From Octopus sinensis (lineage: Eukaryota), in assembly GCF_006345805.1 (NCBI RefSeq), contig NC_043023.1:16058001-16122000 (forward strand): 64,000 bases of DNA, in the 5' to 3' direction. Both the position numbers and the translations under genes were made by a program. Under the pieces are notes generated by a model. That model ran no database searches. It had not been told where the DNA came from and was given only the letters and a program-made list of their open reading frames with translations. Positions 14,752-27,463 of the stretch are shown here, piece by piece. The first letter of the stretch is position 1. Each line of letters starts with the position of its first letter.

Positions 14752-15275
14752 TCATCATCATCATCGTTTAAACGTCCGTTTTCCGCGCTAGCATGGGTTG
14801 GACGATTCGACCGGGGATCTGGGAAGCCAGAAGGCCGCACCAGGCTCCAGTCTGATCTGGCAATGTTTCTACAGCTGGATGCCCTTCCTAACGCCAACCA
14901 CTCCACGAGTGTAGTGGGTGCTTTTCACGTGCCACTGGCACGGGTACCAGGGGAGGCAGGCAGCGGCCACGATTGGTTGGTGCTTTTTATGTGCCACCGG
15001 CACAGAAGCCAGACGAGGCGGCGCTGGCATTGGCCACGTTCGGATGGTGCTTTTTACATGTCACCGACACAGAAGCCAGTCGAGGCGGCACTGGCATCGG
15101 CCACGTTCGAATGGTGCTTTTAACATGCCACCGGCACAGAAGCCAATCTAGGCAGCGCTGGCATCGGCCACGTTCGGATGGTGCTTTTTATGTGCCACCG
15201 ACACAGAAGCCAGTCAAGGCGGCACTGGCATCGGCCACGTTCGGATGGTGCTTTTTACGTGCCACCGGCACAGGT
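14752..15275 (-). mobile_element. Retroposon with an RTE-like 3' tail and (GAT)n end (family C), containing diverged ~60-bp internal repeats
   Basis: The tail ...GGCGTTAGGAAGGGCATCCAGCTGTAGAAAC...GGACGTTTAAACGATGATGAT recurs at 32991, 36170, 38212, 39005 and 52745. Confidence 0.75.
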
Positions 15276-15470
15276 ATCACAACTGCTATTTCCATTGATA
15301 TTTATTTTGATGTTCATGTACTTGACTCAGTAGGTCTCCTCAAGCACAGCAGGTTGTTCTGAAATTTGGCTATGGTGGATCGAATCCCCTTCATGCCTGC
15401 AGTGAGGTTCTGGGAAAGGAAACGAACGATTGAAGGAGAGAAAGAAATGTATAATAATAATAATAATAAC

Positions 15471-15516
<46 letters not shown>

Positions 15517-15520
<4 letters not shown>

Positions 15521-16620
15521 AATTATTGTATAGAGTGCTCAGGTGCACCACAACTTGTCAGAAAGTGCATATAAAGTACATGCAGTAATGTACAAATGTC
15601 TGGAAAGTGAACAATGTATGAGTCACATACATGCTTGTGTGTGTATGGAGGGGAGAAAATCAGGTGTAGTGTTGGCGAATCTCAGAAAGCATGGAAGTTT
15701 TGAAGGATGCAGTGCTCCGACAACTAACAACTGATTCCAGCAGTTTGTTCCATGCTTCAGCAACTCTTAGCGTGAAAAGTGTATCCTAAAGTCATGGAAG
15801 GAGCTGTGCTGTTTTCTGATTTTGTAAATATGTCCACGAGTGTTAAACAGGTGGAGTTTTTAAATAATAATAATAATGAAATTATTGTATAAAGTGCTCA
15901 GGTGGACCACAACTTGTCAAAAGTGCGTATAAAGTACATGCAGTAATGTACGAATGTCTGGAAAGCGAACAGTGTACGAGTCAGATACATGCTTGTGTGT
16001 GTATGGAGGGGAGAAAGCTCAGGTGTAGTGTTGGCGAATCTCAGGAAGCATGGAAGTTTTGAAGGATGCAGTGCTCCGACAACTGACAACTGATACCGGC
16101 AGTTTGTTCCATGCTTCAGCAACTCTCAGCGTGAAAAAATGTATCCTAAAGTCATGGGAGCGGTGTTGTTTTCTGACTTTGTAAATATGTCCACAGGTGT
16201 TAGACAGATGGAGTTTGAGAAGGTGCTAAGAGTTATTGTTTTTAAGATGGTTAATAATTTTATGGGTGACTGCCAAGTCAGCTGCCAGACGTCGGAGTTT
16301 CAATGTATCCATGCCCGGAGAAGTAAGGCATTCAGAATATGGCAAATTCCTGATGGAGGGTATTGTATACAGTGCCCAGGTGCACCACAACTTGTCAAAA
16401 GTGCGTATAAAGCATATGCAGTAATGTACAAATGTCTGGGAAGCGAACAGTGTATGAGTCAGATACATGCTTGCGTGTGCATGGAGGGGAGAAAGCTCAG
16501 GTGTAGTGCTGGCGAATCTCAGGAAGCATGGAAGTTTTGAAGGATGCAGTGCTCTGACAACTAACAACTGATGCCGGCAGTTTGTTCCATGCTTCAGCAA
16601 CTCTCAGCGTGAAAAAATGT
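15517..16620 (-). mobile_element. Three tandem 3'-end fragments of a CR1/L2-group LINE with an (AAT)n tail
   Basis: Repeated blocks start at 15517, 15877 and ~16361. The minus-strand peptide PSIRNLPYSECLTSPGMDTLKLRRLAADLAVTHKII resembles the post-RT C-terminus of CR1/L2. An (AAT)n tract lies at 15452-15516. Confidence 0.7.
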
Positions 16621-16844
16621 TTCCTAAAATGGTAAATGCCTTGGAATGTTTTTCAGCAGTGAAATATGTCTGGTGCTGTTGTCATGGTTACTTACTGAGT
16701 TAGCAAGGACGATGGTATAGGATGCTGGTGTGATGCACGAGACAGATAATTTTGTCTGTTAATTACATGACCAACCAGGGGTCTAACGGGGAAATTGTGC
16801 CCAAACATGAGCGCAGAGCATGTGAATATTGAACGTGCACAGGA

Positions 16845-17373
16845 ATAGGCACAGGAGTGGCTGTGTGGTAAGTAGCTTGTTTACCAACCACATGGTTCCG
16901 GGTTCAGTCCCACTGCGTGGCACCTTGGGCAAGTGTCTTCTGCTATAGCCTCGGGCCGACCAAAGCCTTGTGAGTAGATTTGGTAGACGGAAACTGAAAA
17001 GAAGCCCGTCGTATATAGGTGCAGGAGTGGCTGTGTGGTAAATAGCTTGTTTACCAACCACATGGTTCCGGGTTCAGTCCCACTGCATGGCACCTTGGGC
17101 AAGTGTCTTCTGCTATAGCCTCGGGCCGACCAAAGCCTTGTGAGTGGATTTGGTAGATGGAAACTGAAAGAAGCCTGTCGTATATATGTATATATATATA
17201 TAGGCGTAGGAGTGGCTGTGTGGTAAGTAGCTTGCTTACGAACCACATGGTTCTGGGTTCAGTCCCACTGCATGGCACCTTGGGCAAGTATCTTCTACTA
17301 TTGCCTCGGACTGACCAAAGCCTTGTGAGTGAATTGGGTAGACGGAAACTGAAAGAAGCCCATCGTATATATG

Positions 17374-17406
<33 letters not shown>

Positions 17407-17878
17407 TTGTCCCCCTAGCATTGCTTGACAACCGATGCTGGTGTGTTTACGTCCCCGTCACTTAGCGGTTCGGTAAAAGACACTGATAGAATAAGTACTG
17501 GGCTTACAAAGAATAAGTCCCGGGGTCGAGTTGCTCGATAAAAGGCGGTGCTCCAGCATGGCCGCAGTCAAATGACTGAAACAAGTAAAAGAGTAAACTT
17601 AGCGGTTCGGCAAAAGAGAGACCGATAGAATAAGTACTGGGCTTACGAAAAGAATAAGTCCCGGGGTCGAGTTGCTCGATAAAAGGCGGTGCTCCAGCAT
17701 GGCCGCAGTCAAATGACTGAATCAAGTAAAAGAGTAAACTTAGCGGTTCGGCAAAAGAGAGACCGATAGAATAAGTACTGGGCTTACGAAAAGAATAAGT
17801 CCCGGGGTCGAGTTGCTCGATAAAAGGCGGTGCTCCAGCATGGCCGCAGTCAAATGACTGAAACAAGTAAAAGAGTAA
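16845..17878 (+). mobile_element. tRNA-derived SINE family A: three tandem heads and three tandem ~140-bp tails
   Basis: The head GGAGTGGCTGTGTGGTAAG...GGTTCAGTCCCAC occurs three times. The tail ACTTAGCGGTTCGG...GAAACAAGTAAAAGAGT starts at ~17460, 17597 and 17738. Confidence 0.9.
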
Positions 17879-18012
17879 AGAGTGCTTTTAGTCAGGAAAA
17901 GAATTGAGTTACATAGATGTGTTGCAAAAAAGCAGTAGATGTGCATGTGTGCAACAGGTTAAGGCAGTAACGCCAGTGCATTGATTACAAATACAGGGTA
18001 CAGTATTGAATC

Positions 18013-18376
18013 GGAGACCCCCTTCGGTCATGACTGACCATGAGATTGCACCTAGAAAGTTACCCTCCCAGACACAAGTCCGAGCAAGGTTGTTTTATGG
18101 AAGACCAGCAGTCGCTCATGCATACCGGCCTCTCCTCTCCACGCCACCAGTGTTATCCAAGGGAAAGGCAAAGGGGCCGATACAGCTTGGCACCTGTGAC
18201 GTCGCAACTCATTTCTACAGCTGAGTGAACTGGAGCAACGTGAAATAAAGTGCCTTGCCCGAGAACACAACACGCAGCCCGGTCCAGGATTTGAACTCAC
18301 AACCTCACGATCGTAAGCTCAACGCTCTAACTACTGAGCCATGAGCCTTCACACACATATATATATAAATATATAC

Positions 18377-18416
<40 letters not shown>

Positions 18417-18548
18417 GTATACATATACATATATATACACATATATATACACACATATATATACATATATACACACATATATATATATACACATATATAT
18501 ATATATATACATATATATACACATATATATATATATATATACGTATAT

Positions 18549-18609
<61 letters not shown>

Positions 18610-18993
18610 AATATATATATACATATATATACATATATATATATATATATATCTGAGACCCCCCTTCGGTCACGACACAGACCATGGGATTGCACCCAGA
18701 AAGTTACTCTCCCAGGCACAAGTCCAGGCAAGGTTGTTTATGGAAGACCAGTAGTGACCCCTTCATATCGGCCTTCCCTCTCCACGCCACCGATGTTATC
18801 CAAGGAAAAGGCAAAGGGTCCGATACAGCTTGGCACCTGTGACGTCGCAACTGATTTCTACAGCTGAGTGAACTGGAGCAACGTGAAATAAAGTCTCTTG
18901 CTCAAGAACACAACACAGCCCAGTCCGAGAATCGAACTCACAACCTCACGATCGTAAGCTCTACGCTGTAACTACTGAGCCATGCGCCTTCAC
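18013..18993 (-). mobile_element. Two full-length family B SINEs (18013-18351, 18654-18993) flanking a 300-bp (TA)n/(CA)n tract
   Basis: Two near-identical ~340-bp copies, each with a tRNA-like head on the minus strand. Confidence 0.9.
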
Positions 18994-19111
18994 GGTTTGC
19001 ATATATATTTCTAGCATAATAACCTATGAGGTAATTTTAACACTGAAACATGAATATTCATTTCCCATCTATCATCCACATAATGACAAACATGAATAGG
19101 ATTTTCTATTC

Positions 19112-19895
19112 ACTAGCAGTATCATCCGGCATTGCTCGGGTTTGCTTCGACCCTTTAGAATTGGAATTTTTGAAAAGTAAACATTTTGTATTATGCAGCT
19201 TGTTATTCTCTTTAAGTGAACATTTTTCTAGTTGAAATACACCGAAAAATGACGACACAGCAGTCAAAAGATCGTAAAAAATAGGGATTTTCATAGAGAA
19301 AAAAGCACCTTTTTGATGTAAATAATTTTTGGTGTTAACATGGTCCGATTTGAATATTTCTTCTATGGAAGGAAGAGCAATCCTTCTTCTATCATACTCT
19401 CAATTTTGGTCAACTTGTGCCGCAGGGTCTGGGAGGAGATAGTGTTAGTTGAAGGCTACCAAACCTGCCACACACACACAGACAACTTCAGCTTTATATA
19501 TATAGACTAGCAGTATCGCCCGGCGTTGCTCGGGTTTGTTTCGACCCTTTAGAATTGGAATTTTTGAAAAGTAAAAATCTCGTATTATGTAGCTTGTTAT
19601 TCTCTTTAAGTGAACATTTTTCTGGTTGAAATACACCGAAAAATGGTGACACAGCAGTCAAAATATCGTAAAAAATAGGGATTTTCATAGAAAAAAAAGC
19701 ACCTTTATGATGTGAATAATTTTTGGGGTTAACATGGTCCGATTTGAATATTTCTTCTACAGAAGGAAGAGCAATCCTTCTTCTATAATACTCTCAATTT
19801 TGGTCAACTTGCGCTGCAGGGTCTGGGAGGAGATAGAGTTAGTTGAAGGCTACCAAACCTGCCACACACAGACAACTTCAGCTTTATATAGAGAT
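19112..19895 (+). mobile_element. Head-to-tail dimer of a non-autonomous Helitron/Helentron-like element
   Basis: Each ~390-bp unit starts ACTAGCAGTATC(G/A)(C/T)CCGGC(G/A)TTGCTCGGG and ends (CA)n-CAGAC...GCTTTATATA. No TSD or TIR is visible. The class is inferred from resemblance to Lep1/HINE-type termini. Confidence 0.55.
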
Positions 19896-20099
19896 TCAGA
19901 AATTATCTTAGATGGAATATATATATGAAAGAACAGATTTTATTAAAAATATCAGAATGGTAGATATTGATAAGGATATATAAAAAATATAGGGTTAGCA
20001 AGTTGTTATAACATGCTGTTATATCTTTATTATCATGTGGATACATTTATTGTTATATAAGATATTCCTTTCAACAAATGACTTTTGATAATGATACAG

Positions 20100-20560
20100 T
20101 CACTCTTCTCTATGATGAGAAAGATATCTGTAGTTAATTGTCTTTTTTCAGAGAAGGATATACCACAGAATCAGTTACATGGTTTCTCTTCCATATCAAT
20201 GTGTGTCTGTGTTTATCTAAGTCAATGCTTTTCAACCTTTTTGCTGGAGCGGAACCCTAAGGAAACATTCCACTGGCTCGAGGAACCCCTGTCCAATAAT
20301 TTAATAGTCTTATGCACACATATCTGCACAGGAAAATTAAAAATTACTGTCGATTTTAGCAGTTTTGTAACTTCTTGCGGAACCCCTGGACTGTACTGGT
20401 GGAACCCTAAGGTTCTGCGGAACCCTGGTTGAAAACCACTGATCTAAGAGATATATTTGAGAGAACCATTCACCACAGATATCACAATGACATGGTTTCT
20501 CTCCTAATGAATTCGTCTGTGAGTGGTCAAGTGATCTATTTCAGAGAATGATTCACCACG
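20100..20560 (-). pseudogene. Decayed C2H2 zinc-finger remnants downstream of the ZNF stop codon
   Basis: Minus-strand relics include [38 protein letters not shown] and EEKPCN*FCGISFSEKRQL, with stops and indels. Confidence 0.8.
20223..20441. mobile_element. hAT (Charlie-like) MITE, 219 bp
   Basis: 15-bp TIRs CAATGCTTTTCAACC / GGTTGAAAACCACTG match at 13/15. The 8-bp TSD is ATCTAAGT / ATCTAAGA. Confidence 0.85.
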
Positions 20561-20564
20561 GGTG

Positions 20565-22126
20565 TCACAATGATGATTTCATTCCTGAAGGAATACATTT
20601 GTGTCTACTTAAATGTCCCTTTTGAGTGAATGATCTCCCGCAGATATCACAGTGATATGGCTTTTCACCTGTATGAATACGCTTGTGTTTAGTTAAGTTA
20701 ACTTTTACAGAGAATGATTTCCCACAGATATCACAGTGGTAAGGTTTCTCACCTGTATGGATAAATTTGTGAGTGGATAGGTCACCACTTCGAGAGAATG
20801 ATTTACTACAGATATCACAGTGATATGGTTTCTCACCTGTATGAGTACGTTTATGTACAGTTACAGCACTTCTGTGAGTGAATGATTTACCACAGATATC
20901 ACAGTGATGTGGTTTCTCACCTGTATGAGTAAGTTTGTGTTTCGTTAAATGTTCCTTTTGGGAAAATGATTTCTCACAAGTATCGCAATGATATGGTTTC
21001 TCTCCTGTATGAATACGTTTGTGTTTAGCTAAGTTAACTCTCACGGAGAATGATTTATCACAGATGTCACAATGAAAAGGTTTCTCTCCTGTATGAACGA
21101 GTTTATGAATCGCTAAGTCACCGTTTCGAGAGAATGATTTACCACAGATATCACAGTGATATGGTTTCTCTCCTGTATGGGTACGTTTGTGAACAGTTAT
21201 AGAACTTCTGTGAGCAAATGATTTACCACAGATATCACAGTGGTGTGGTTTCTCACCTGTATGGGTAAGTTTGTGATGAGTTAAATTAGTTTTGCAAGAG
21301 AAATATTTATCACAGTTGTCACACTGATAAGGTTTCTCACCTGTATGAATACGTTTATGGGTGTATAAGTTACTTTTGCAAGAGAAAGATTTACTGCATA
21401 TCTCACAGTGATACGGTTTCTCACCTGTATGAATGCGTTTGTGAAGAGTTACTTTAAAACTCTGAGAGAATGATTTACCACAGACATCACAGCGATATGG
21501 TTTCAATCCTGTATGAGTCTGTTTGTGCAGAGTTAGAGTATTTTTATGAGAGAATGATTTACCACAGGTATCACAGTGATATAATTTCTCACCTGTATGT
21601 GTGCGTCTGTGAATAGTTAAATTAGTTTTGTAAGAGAAAGATTTACCACAGTTATCACAGTGATATGGTTTCTCTCCTGTATGAGTACGTTTATGGTTGG
21701 TTAAATTTGTTTTGTAAGCAAACGATTTATTGCACAAATTACAGTGGTATGGCTTCTCACCTGTATGAATACGTTTGTGAAGATTAACTTTACTACTTTG
21801 AGAGAATGATTTACCACAGATATCACAGTGATATAGTTTCAATCCTGAATGAACATGTTTGTGTACAGCTATGGTACTTCTGTGAGAGAATGATTTACCA
21901 CAGATATCACAGCGATATGGTTGCTCTCCTGTATGAATATGTTTGTGAGCGGTTAAGTGGTGACTACGACTGAATGATTTACCACAGATATCACAGTGAT
22001 ATGGTCTCTCTCCTGTATGAATACGTTTGTGTACACTTAAGAGATCATTACGAGAGAATGATTTACCGCAAATATCACAATGGTATTTTCTCTCACCTGT
22101 ATGAGTAGGTTTGTGGTTAGATAAGG
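20565..22126 (-). CDS. C2H2 zinc-finger array protein, 3' part (rest of finger 9 and fingers 10-27; the last finger lacks its second His)
   Basis: Tandem C-x2-C-x12-H-x3-H repeats with TGEKPY linkers in ORF 20565..22202. Confidence 0.93.
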
Positions 22127-22866
22127 TTTTTGTGAGTAAAAGATTTACCACAGATATCACAATGATAAGGTTTCTCACCTGTGTGAATGCGTTTGTGTGC
22201 ACTTAGATGGGGCTTTTGAGAGAAAGATTTTCCACAGACATCACAGTGATATGGCTTCTCACCTGTATGGATATGCATGTGAATAGCCAAAATAGATTTT
22301 TGAGAGAATGATTTACCACAGATATTACAGTGGAATGGCTTCTCACCTGTATGAACACGTCTGTGTTCAGTTAAGGTATTCCTGTGAGGAAATGATTTTC
22401 CACAGGTATCACAATGATATGGTGTCTCACCTGTATGAATGCGTTTGTGAGCAGTTAAGGTATTATTTCTAGAGAATGATTCACCACATATGTCGCAATG
22501 GTATGGCTTCTCTCCTATATGAATATTTCTATGAACATTTAAGGTATTTACCAGAGAGAAAGATTTACCACAGACATCGCAATGATGTGGTTTCTCACCT
22601 GTATGAACATGCTTGTGATTTGTCAAGGTATTCCTTTGAGAGAAAGATTTACCACAGATACCACAGTGATAGGGCTTCTCACCTGTATGAATGCGTTTAT
22701 GAATAGCCAAGGTACTATTTGTAGAGAATGATTTACCACAGATATCACAATGATATGGTTTCTCTCCTGTGTGAATATTTCTGTGAATAGTTAGGTTACC
22801 TTTTTTAGAGAATGATTTTTTACAGATATCACAGTCGTATACAGATTTTCCTCTTTCTTTTGGCAT
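22127..22866 (-). CDS. C2H2 zinc-finger array protein, 5' part (ATG at 22866, MPKERGKS..., fingers 1-9); joined to the 3' part across a 2-nt frameshift
   Basis: Eight complete fingers plus the first half of finger 9. The first true ATG is at 22866, because the ORF-track start is a TTG. Acceptor-like TAG and CAG lie just upstream of the ATG. Confidence 0.9.
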
Positions 22867-23364
22867 CTCTGCAGGTAAATCTACCAAAAATTAAAGTTTC
22901 TCACACAATTTTTCTTTCTGTAATTTTTTTCTTCAACAAAATGGTCTGGAAATGTCCTATCTTCTTGTTTCTATATTTTATTCCTAACAAATGTTACAAC
23001 TGCCATATTTTTATCAAATATAAGCTTTGCTGATATCTTAAGATGTTGCAAATGTCTTTGTAAATTTATCCAAGTTTATTTAGAATTCAAATTTAGGTTT
23101 TACCCATTTCAGAGTGAATCCAAGAAATTTCACCAATAACGTCACCCAGAAGAAATATTTTACTGAAATTCACAGTTAATTTACATAAACAGGGTTCTTA
23201 TATCCTGTTCTGTGTAACATCATCTTCAAAATATGATAAATATTGATGACGCTTCTGCAGTAAAATTCCTCTGATGCCAATGTCCTCTGATATTCTGAAA
23301 TAAGAGAGAAACAACAGTTTAAGACAGAGTGTAGCTTTGGTTATGACAAAGGCTTGGTGTTCAT

Positions 23365-23593
23365 TTAACCTTTTCATTACTGTATTTATTTTGAGATGCT
23401 CTGTGTTTCTTTCAATTAATTTTAAATATAACAAAGAATTTAGTAAAATAACTTAGTTATCATTAAGCTAGTGTTAGGAACATAAATTGTGACTAAGGTT
23501 TGGTGGAAGATTTTAATTCAGAACTTATGAAAAGAAAACATTTGTACTCAGAGCCAGGGCCAGTTTCAGCCAGGTTGGTAACAAAAGGGTTAA
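23365..23593. mobile_element. piggyBac-type MITE (~220 bp)
   Basis: TTAA-CC...GGG-TTAA termini with a TIR ending TGGTAACAAAAGGG. The same family forms arrays at 41621, 56660 and 61220. Confidence 0.75.
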
Positions 23594-23724
23594 AACGAAG
23601 ACACAGTAATGGAGATGTAGTGTACCCTAGTGAGGTCCTCTCTGTCTGGCATGTGTGGGGCCAAAAGCTATCTGTCATCCGCCACTTCAACAGTTGTACC
23701 ACACAGATAGAGAGGACCTCACTA

Positions 23725-24180
23725 AGGTACTCTTTACTCTTTTACTTGTTTCAGTCATTTGACTGCGGCCATGCTGGAGCACCGCCTTTAATCGAGCAAC
23801 TCGACCCCGGGACTTATTCTTTTGTAAGCCCAGTACTTATTCTATCGGTCTCTTTTGCCGAACCGCTAAGTTTACTCTTTTTACTTGTTTCACTCATTTG
23901 ACTGCGGCTATGCTGGAGCACCGCCTTTAGTCGAGCAACTCGACCCCGGGACTTATTCTTTGGAAGCCCAGTACTTATTCTATCGGTCTCTTTTGCCGAA
24001 CTGCTAAGTGACGGGGACGTAAACACACCAGCATCGGTTGCCAAGCAATGCTAGGGGAACAAACAGACACACAAACACACACATATATACATATATACGA
24101 CGGGCTTTTTTTTCAGTTTCCGTCTACTAAATCCACTCACAAGGCTTTGGTCGGCCCAGGGCTATAGTAGAAGACACGCA
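23725..24180 (-). mobile_element. Family A SINE with a duplicated tail
   Basis: Reverse complement of the family A tail twice, then the central microsatellite and part of the head. Confidence 0.85.
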
Positions 24181-24552
24181 AACATTTCCTGAAAATTTAA
24201 AAGGTAAAGAAGTTATGAGGGGCTAATCCAGAATTTTGCTTCGACTGGAATTCTGATGTTGCTTAGATCAACCTCTTAGTTAACCCAATATTGACAATTC
24301 ACATTTACTTTACATTAGGTGAGACCCTTCCGTATATAGATTATAACAATAATTATTTTCGTTACATTTCTCTATTTCCTTCAGTTTCTTTCCGTTAACT
24401 TACTGAACACACAAAAAGAATCGTTGATGTGAACAATATTGATACATTAATAACAAATCTATTATAGAAACGGATGTCCAAATGAGAACTTCAGCTACGA
24501 CAGACAATGGCAGGATATATATATAATACTTACGTATTATTTATAGACCCAA

Positions 24553-24763
24553 TGTAGAGGAGGAAGGTGTCACAATCAATCCATCGTAGACAATAAGCAG
24601 ATAATATTTAGATCCGGTAGGGACGAGGTCGCAGTATGTTCAGGTAGTGAGAACTTAAGCCAAGGTAGACAACGACAGCTTCGTAAGAAATTCTAGGTTT
24701 TATTATAGACGTTATGTTTTTAAGATTAGCGTAATAAAGAATTCAGTAGATGATTTCTCTACA
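24553..24763 (+). mobile_element. Possible short solo LTR
   Basis: TGTAGAG...CTCTACA inverted termini with AATAAA at 24733. No TSD or PBS is seen. Confidence 0.25.
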
Positions 24764-25366
24764 TGCTTAATTAGCAATCACGTCTATCGAATTAAATCTC
24801 AGCTAATTATCTGTTGAACGGATGTGACCGGTAATATACACGAGGGTCAATCAACAGCAGGGAATGGGAAAATATTGCGGGAGAAAAAGTGCGGGAATTG
24901 CTAGGGGGAAATAACTCGACATTTAAAGAGCTCTTTATTCACACTTAAGGTTATTTAGAGTTCAGTCGGTGTACCAGTTATACACGGTGGTTTTACAGGA
25001 TGCAATTGGAGTTATTTTAGTTACTGGAAGAGAATAATATTTACAAGAATAAATAATTGATAGAGAAAATGGGCATACGTGACCTTCTCCCCAGATTTTG
25101 TTGTCTCATAACTTGCAGGAAATTGGATATTTTTTACTCTAAATCTTTTACATATTTCAGACATTTGACTGTGGCCATGCTGGAGCACCGCCTTTAGTCG
25201 AGCAAATCGACCCCAGCAATTATTCTTTGTAAGCCTAGTACTTATTCTATCGGCCTCTTTTGCTGAACTGCTAAGTTATGGGGACGTAAATACACCAGCA
25301 TCTGTTGTCAAGCAATGCTGGGAGGACAAACACAGACACACAAGTATATACACACACATACATACA

Positions 25367-25426
<60 letters not shown>

Positions 25427-25592
25427 AAAGAAAGATAGGGGTTATGGGTGCAACCCACTAAGGGATAGTATTTATCCAATATACTGTTGGTAAAGTACCC
25501 AGATTCTTAATACATAAATGCTTTTAATTGCAATGCAGTTAATTCATTTATTGTATTAAACAGGTGAAGGTAAAGAAATATTTTTTCCGTAA

Positions 25593-26106
25593 ATCTATAT
25601 ATATAAAACTGTAGTTGTGTGAGTGTCTGTCCCCTTCGATTTAGATTCCTAACTACTCCCACATTTTGCGGTGCAGTTTAACCAAATTCGGGTATCTTAT
25701 AGTCGTGATTCATATCGAGCCTGTCTGAGTATTAGCGCGCGTCTACGATGAGTCTACAATTTAAAAAATAATTTAACATCATTTTTTATTCCATTTTAAA
25801 GCATATTTTTTCGTGTGTCGATGGCGGCGGAGTTGGCGTCCATGGTCACACCTGCACCTGTTTGCTTCTCCCCCTTCTTCCCTCCCTCGTGAAGCTGTGG
25901 GGAAGGGAGTGTAAGGAAATCAACGTCGTAAAGCGTTGTCAAGGAGACCAGCGTTCTTTTAGAACAACGACTTCATGGCTTGAAGACACCAAAACAGAAA
26001 TGGCTAAGAAAGCCCGAATTGGCATCTATAAGGGAAGTAACTCTCTAAAAATGCTTATATAGTTATTTCCCCTACAAACCCGAGCAACGCCGGGCGATAC
26101 TGCTAG
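25593..26106 (-). mobile_element. Non-autonomous Helitron-like element, inverted copy of 40873-41328
   Basis: It ends ...CGCCGGGCGATACTGCTAGT on the plus strand. The internal sequence is near-identical to 40873-41328 in reverse complement, and both give the same ORF peptide. Confidence 0.6.
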
Positions 26107-26169
26107 TCTTTATATATAAAACTGTAGTTGTATATATATATATGTATATATATAAAACTGTAGTTATAT

Positions 26170-26341
26170 AGACGCAGGAGTGGCTGTGTGGTAAGTAGCT
26201 TGCTAACCAACCTCATGGTTCCGGGTTCAGTCCCACTGCGTGGCATCTTGGGCAAGTGTCTTCTGCTATAGCCCCGGGCCGACCGATGCCTTGTGAGTGG
26301 ATTTGGTAGACGGAAACTGAAAGAAGCCTGTCGTATATATG

Positions 26342-26374
<33 letters not shown>

Positions 26375-26585
26375 GTGCGTGTTTGTCCCCCAAGCATTGC
26401 TTGACAACCGATGCTGGTGTGTTTACATCCCCGTCACTTAGCGGTTCGGCAAAAGAGAAACCGATAGAATAAGTACTGGGCTTACAAAGAATAAGTTCCG
26501 GGGTCGATTTGCTCGATCGACTAAAGGTGGTGCTCCAGCATGGCCGCAGTCAAATGACTGAAACAAGTAAAAGAGTAAAAAGAGA
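26170..26585 (+). mobile_element. Full-length family A SINE
   Basis: tRNA-like head, core segment (CTTGGGCAAGTGTCTTC), (TA/TG)n centre, and a tail ending AAAAGAGTAAAAAGAG. Confidence 0.9.
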
Positions 26586-26904
26586 GATAGTTATTTCCCT
26601 TACAAACCCGAGCAACGCCGGGCGATACTGCTAGTTTAAAATACAAATAAGAAAATGGAGAAACAAATGTAGTTAGTTCATCAACTTTCGGATATTAAAA
26701 TGTTGGATTATTTATTCATTCAACAAAATGAGAATATCAATAGCATACATATATATCTTATAATTCAATACATATAAGATATAAGATAAGAATACAAATT
26801 ATTTTTAAAACAAGCCTTCTGTAGTTTTTCACTTTTTACTATTTTCTATATATTCAACCACGTGCTTTCACAAACCAACTTTCTCATCTATATATATATA
26901 TGTA

Positions 26905-27463
26905 CACTTAGTTATCATTAAGCTTGTGTTAGGAACATAAATTGTGACTAAGATTTGGTGGAAGATTTTAATTCAAGACTTATGGAAACAAAACATTTGT
27001 ACTACAGGGTCAGAGGTGCTTTCAGCCAGGTTGGTATCAAAAGGGTTAAGAATTGTTTCTCTATTATATATTTTAAAACCTTTTGTTACCATATTTCTGT
27101 TGAGATGCTCTGTGTTTCTTTCAATTAATTTTAAATATAACCAAGAACTTAGTAAAATAACTTAGTTATCATTAAGCTAGTGTTAAGAACATAAATTGTG
27201 ACTAAGATTTGGTGGAAGATTTTAATTCAAGACTTATGAAAAGACATTGTACTACAGATGCAGAGCTGGTTTTGGCCAGGTTGGTAACAAAAGGGTCAAA
27301 GATGATAGAAGAAAGCTTTTTATGAAAAAAGCAATTTTTGAAAATTTATTAAAAAAAAAATTGGTTGTCTCACATACTACATAGACAGCACATACATACC
27401 TCCACAAGATGAAACTTAGGATTTGTCGGTATTAATGTGTGTGTAATAACGAAATTGCTTCTA
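26905..27463 (+). repeat. Composite block: two piggyBac-type MITE units plus a ~160-bp unique tail, duplicated at 56660-57115 and 61270-61862
   Basis: The same junction ...AAGATGATA(G)...AAAGCTTTTTATG...TTGGTTGTCTCACATA occurs at all three loci. Confidence 0.8.

Noticed and set aside
22867-22887. N-terminal MVDLPAE extension of the ZNF ORF
   Set aside because: It starts at TTG and overlaps acceptor-like sequence. The first ATG is at 22866.
25862-26062. Identical peptide ORFs at 25862 (+) and 40918 (-)
   Set aside because: They come from the interior of two copies of the same Helitron-like repeat and have no recognisable domain.
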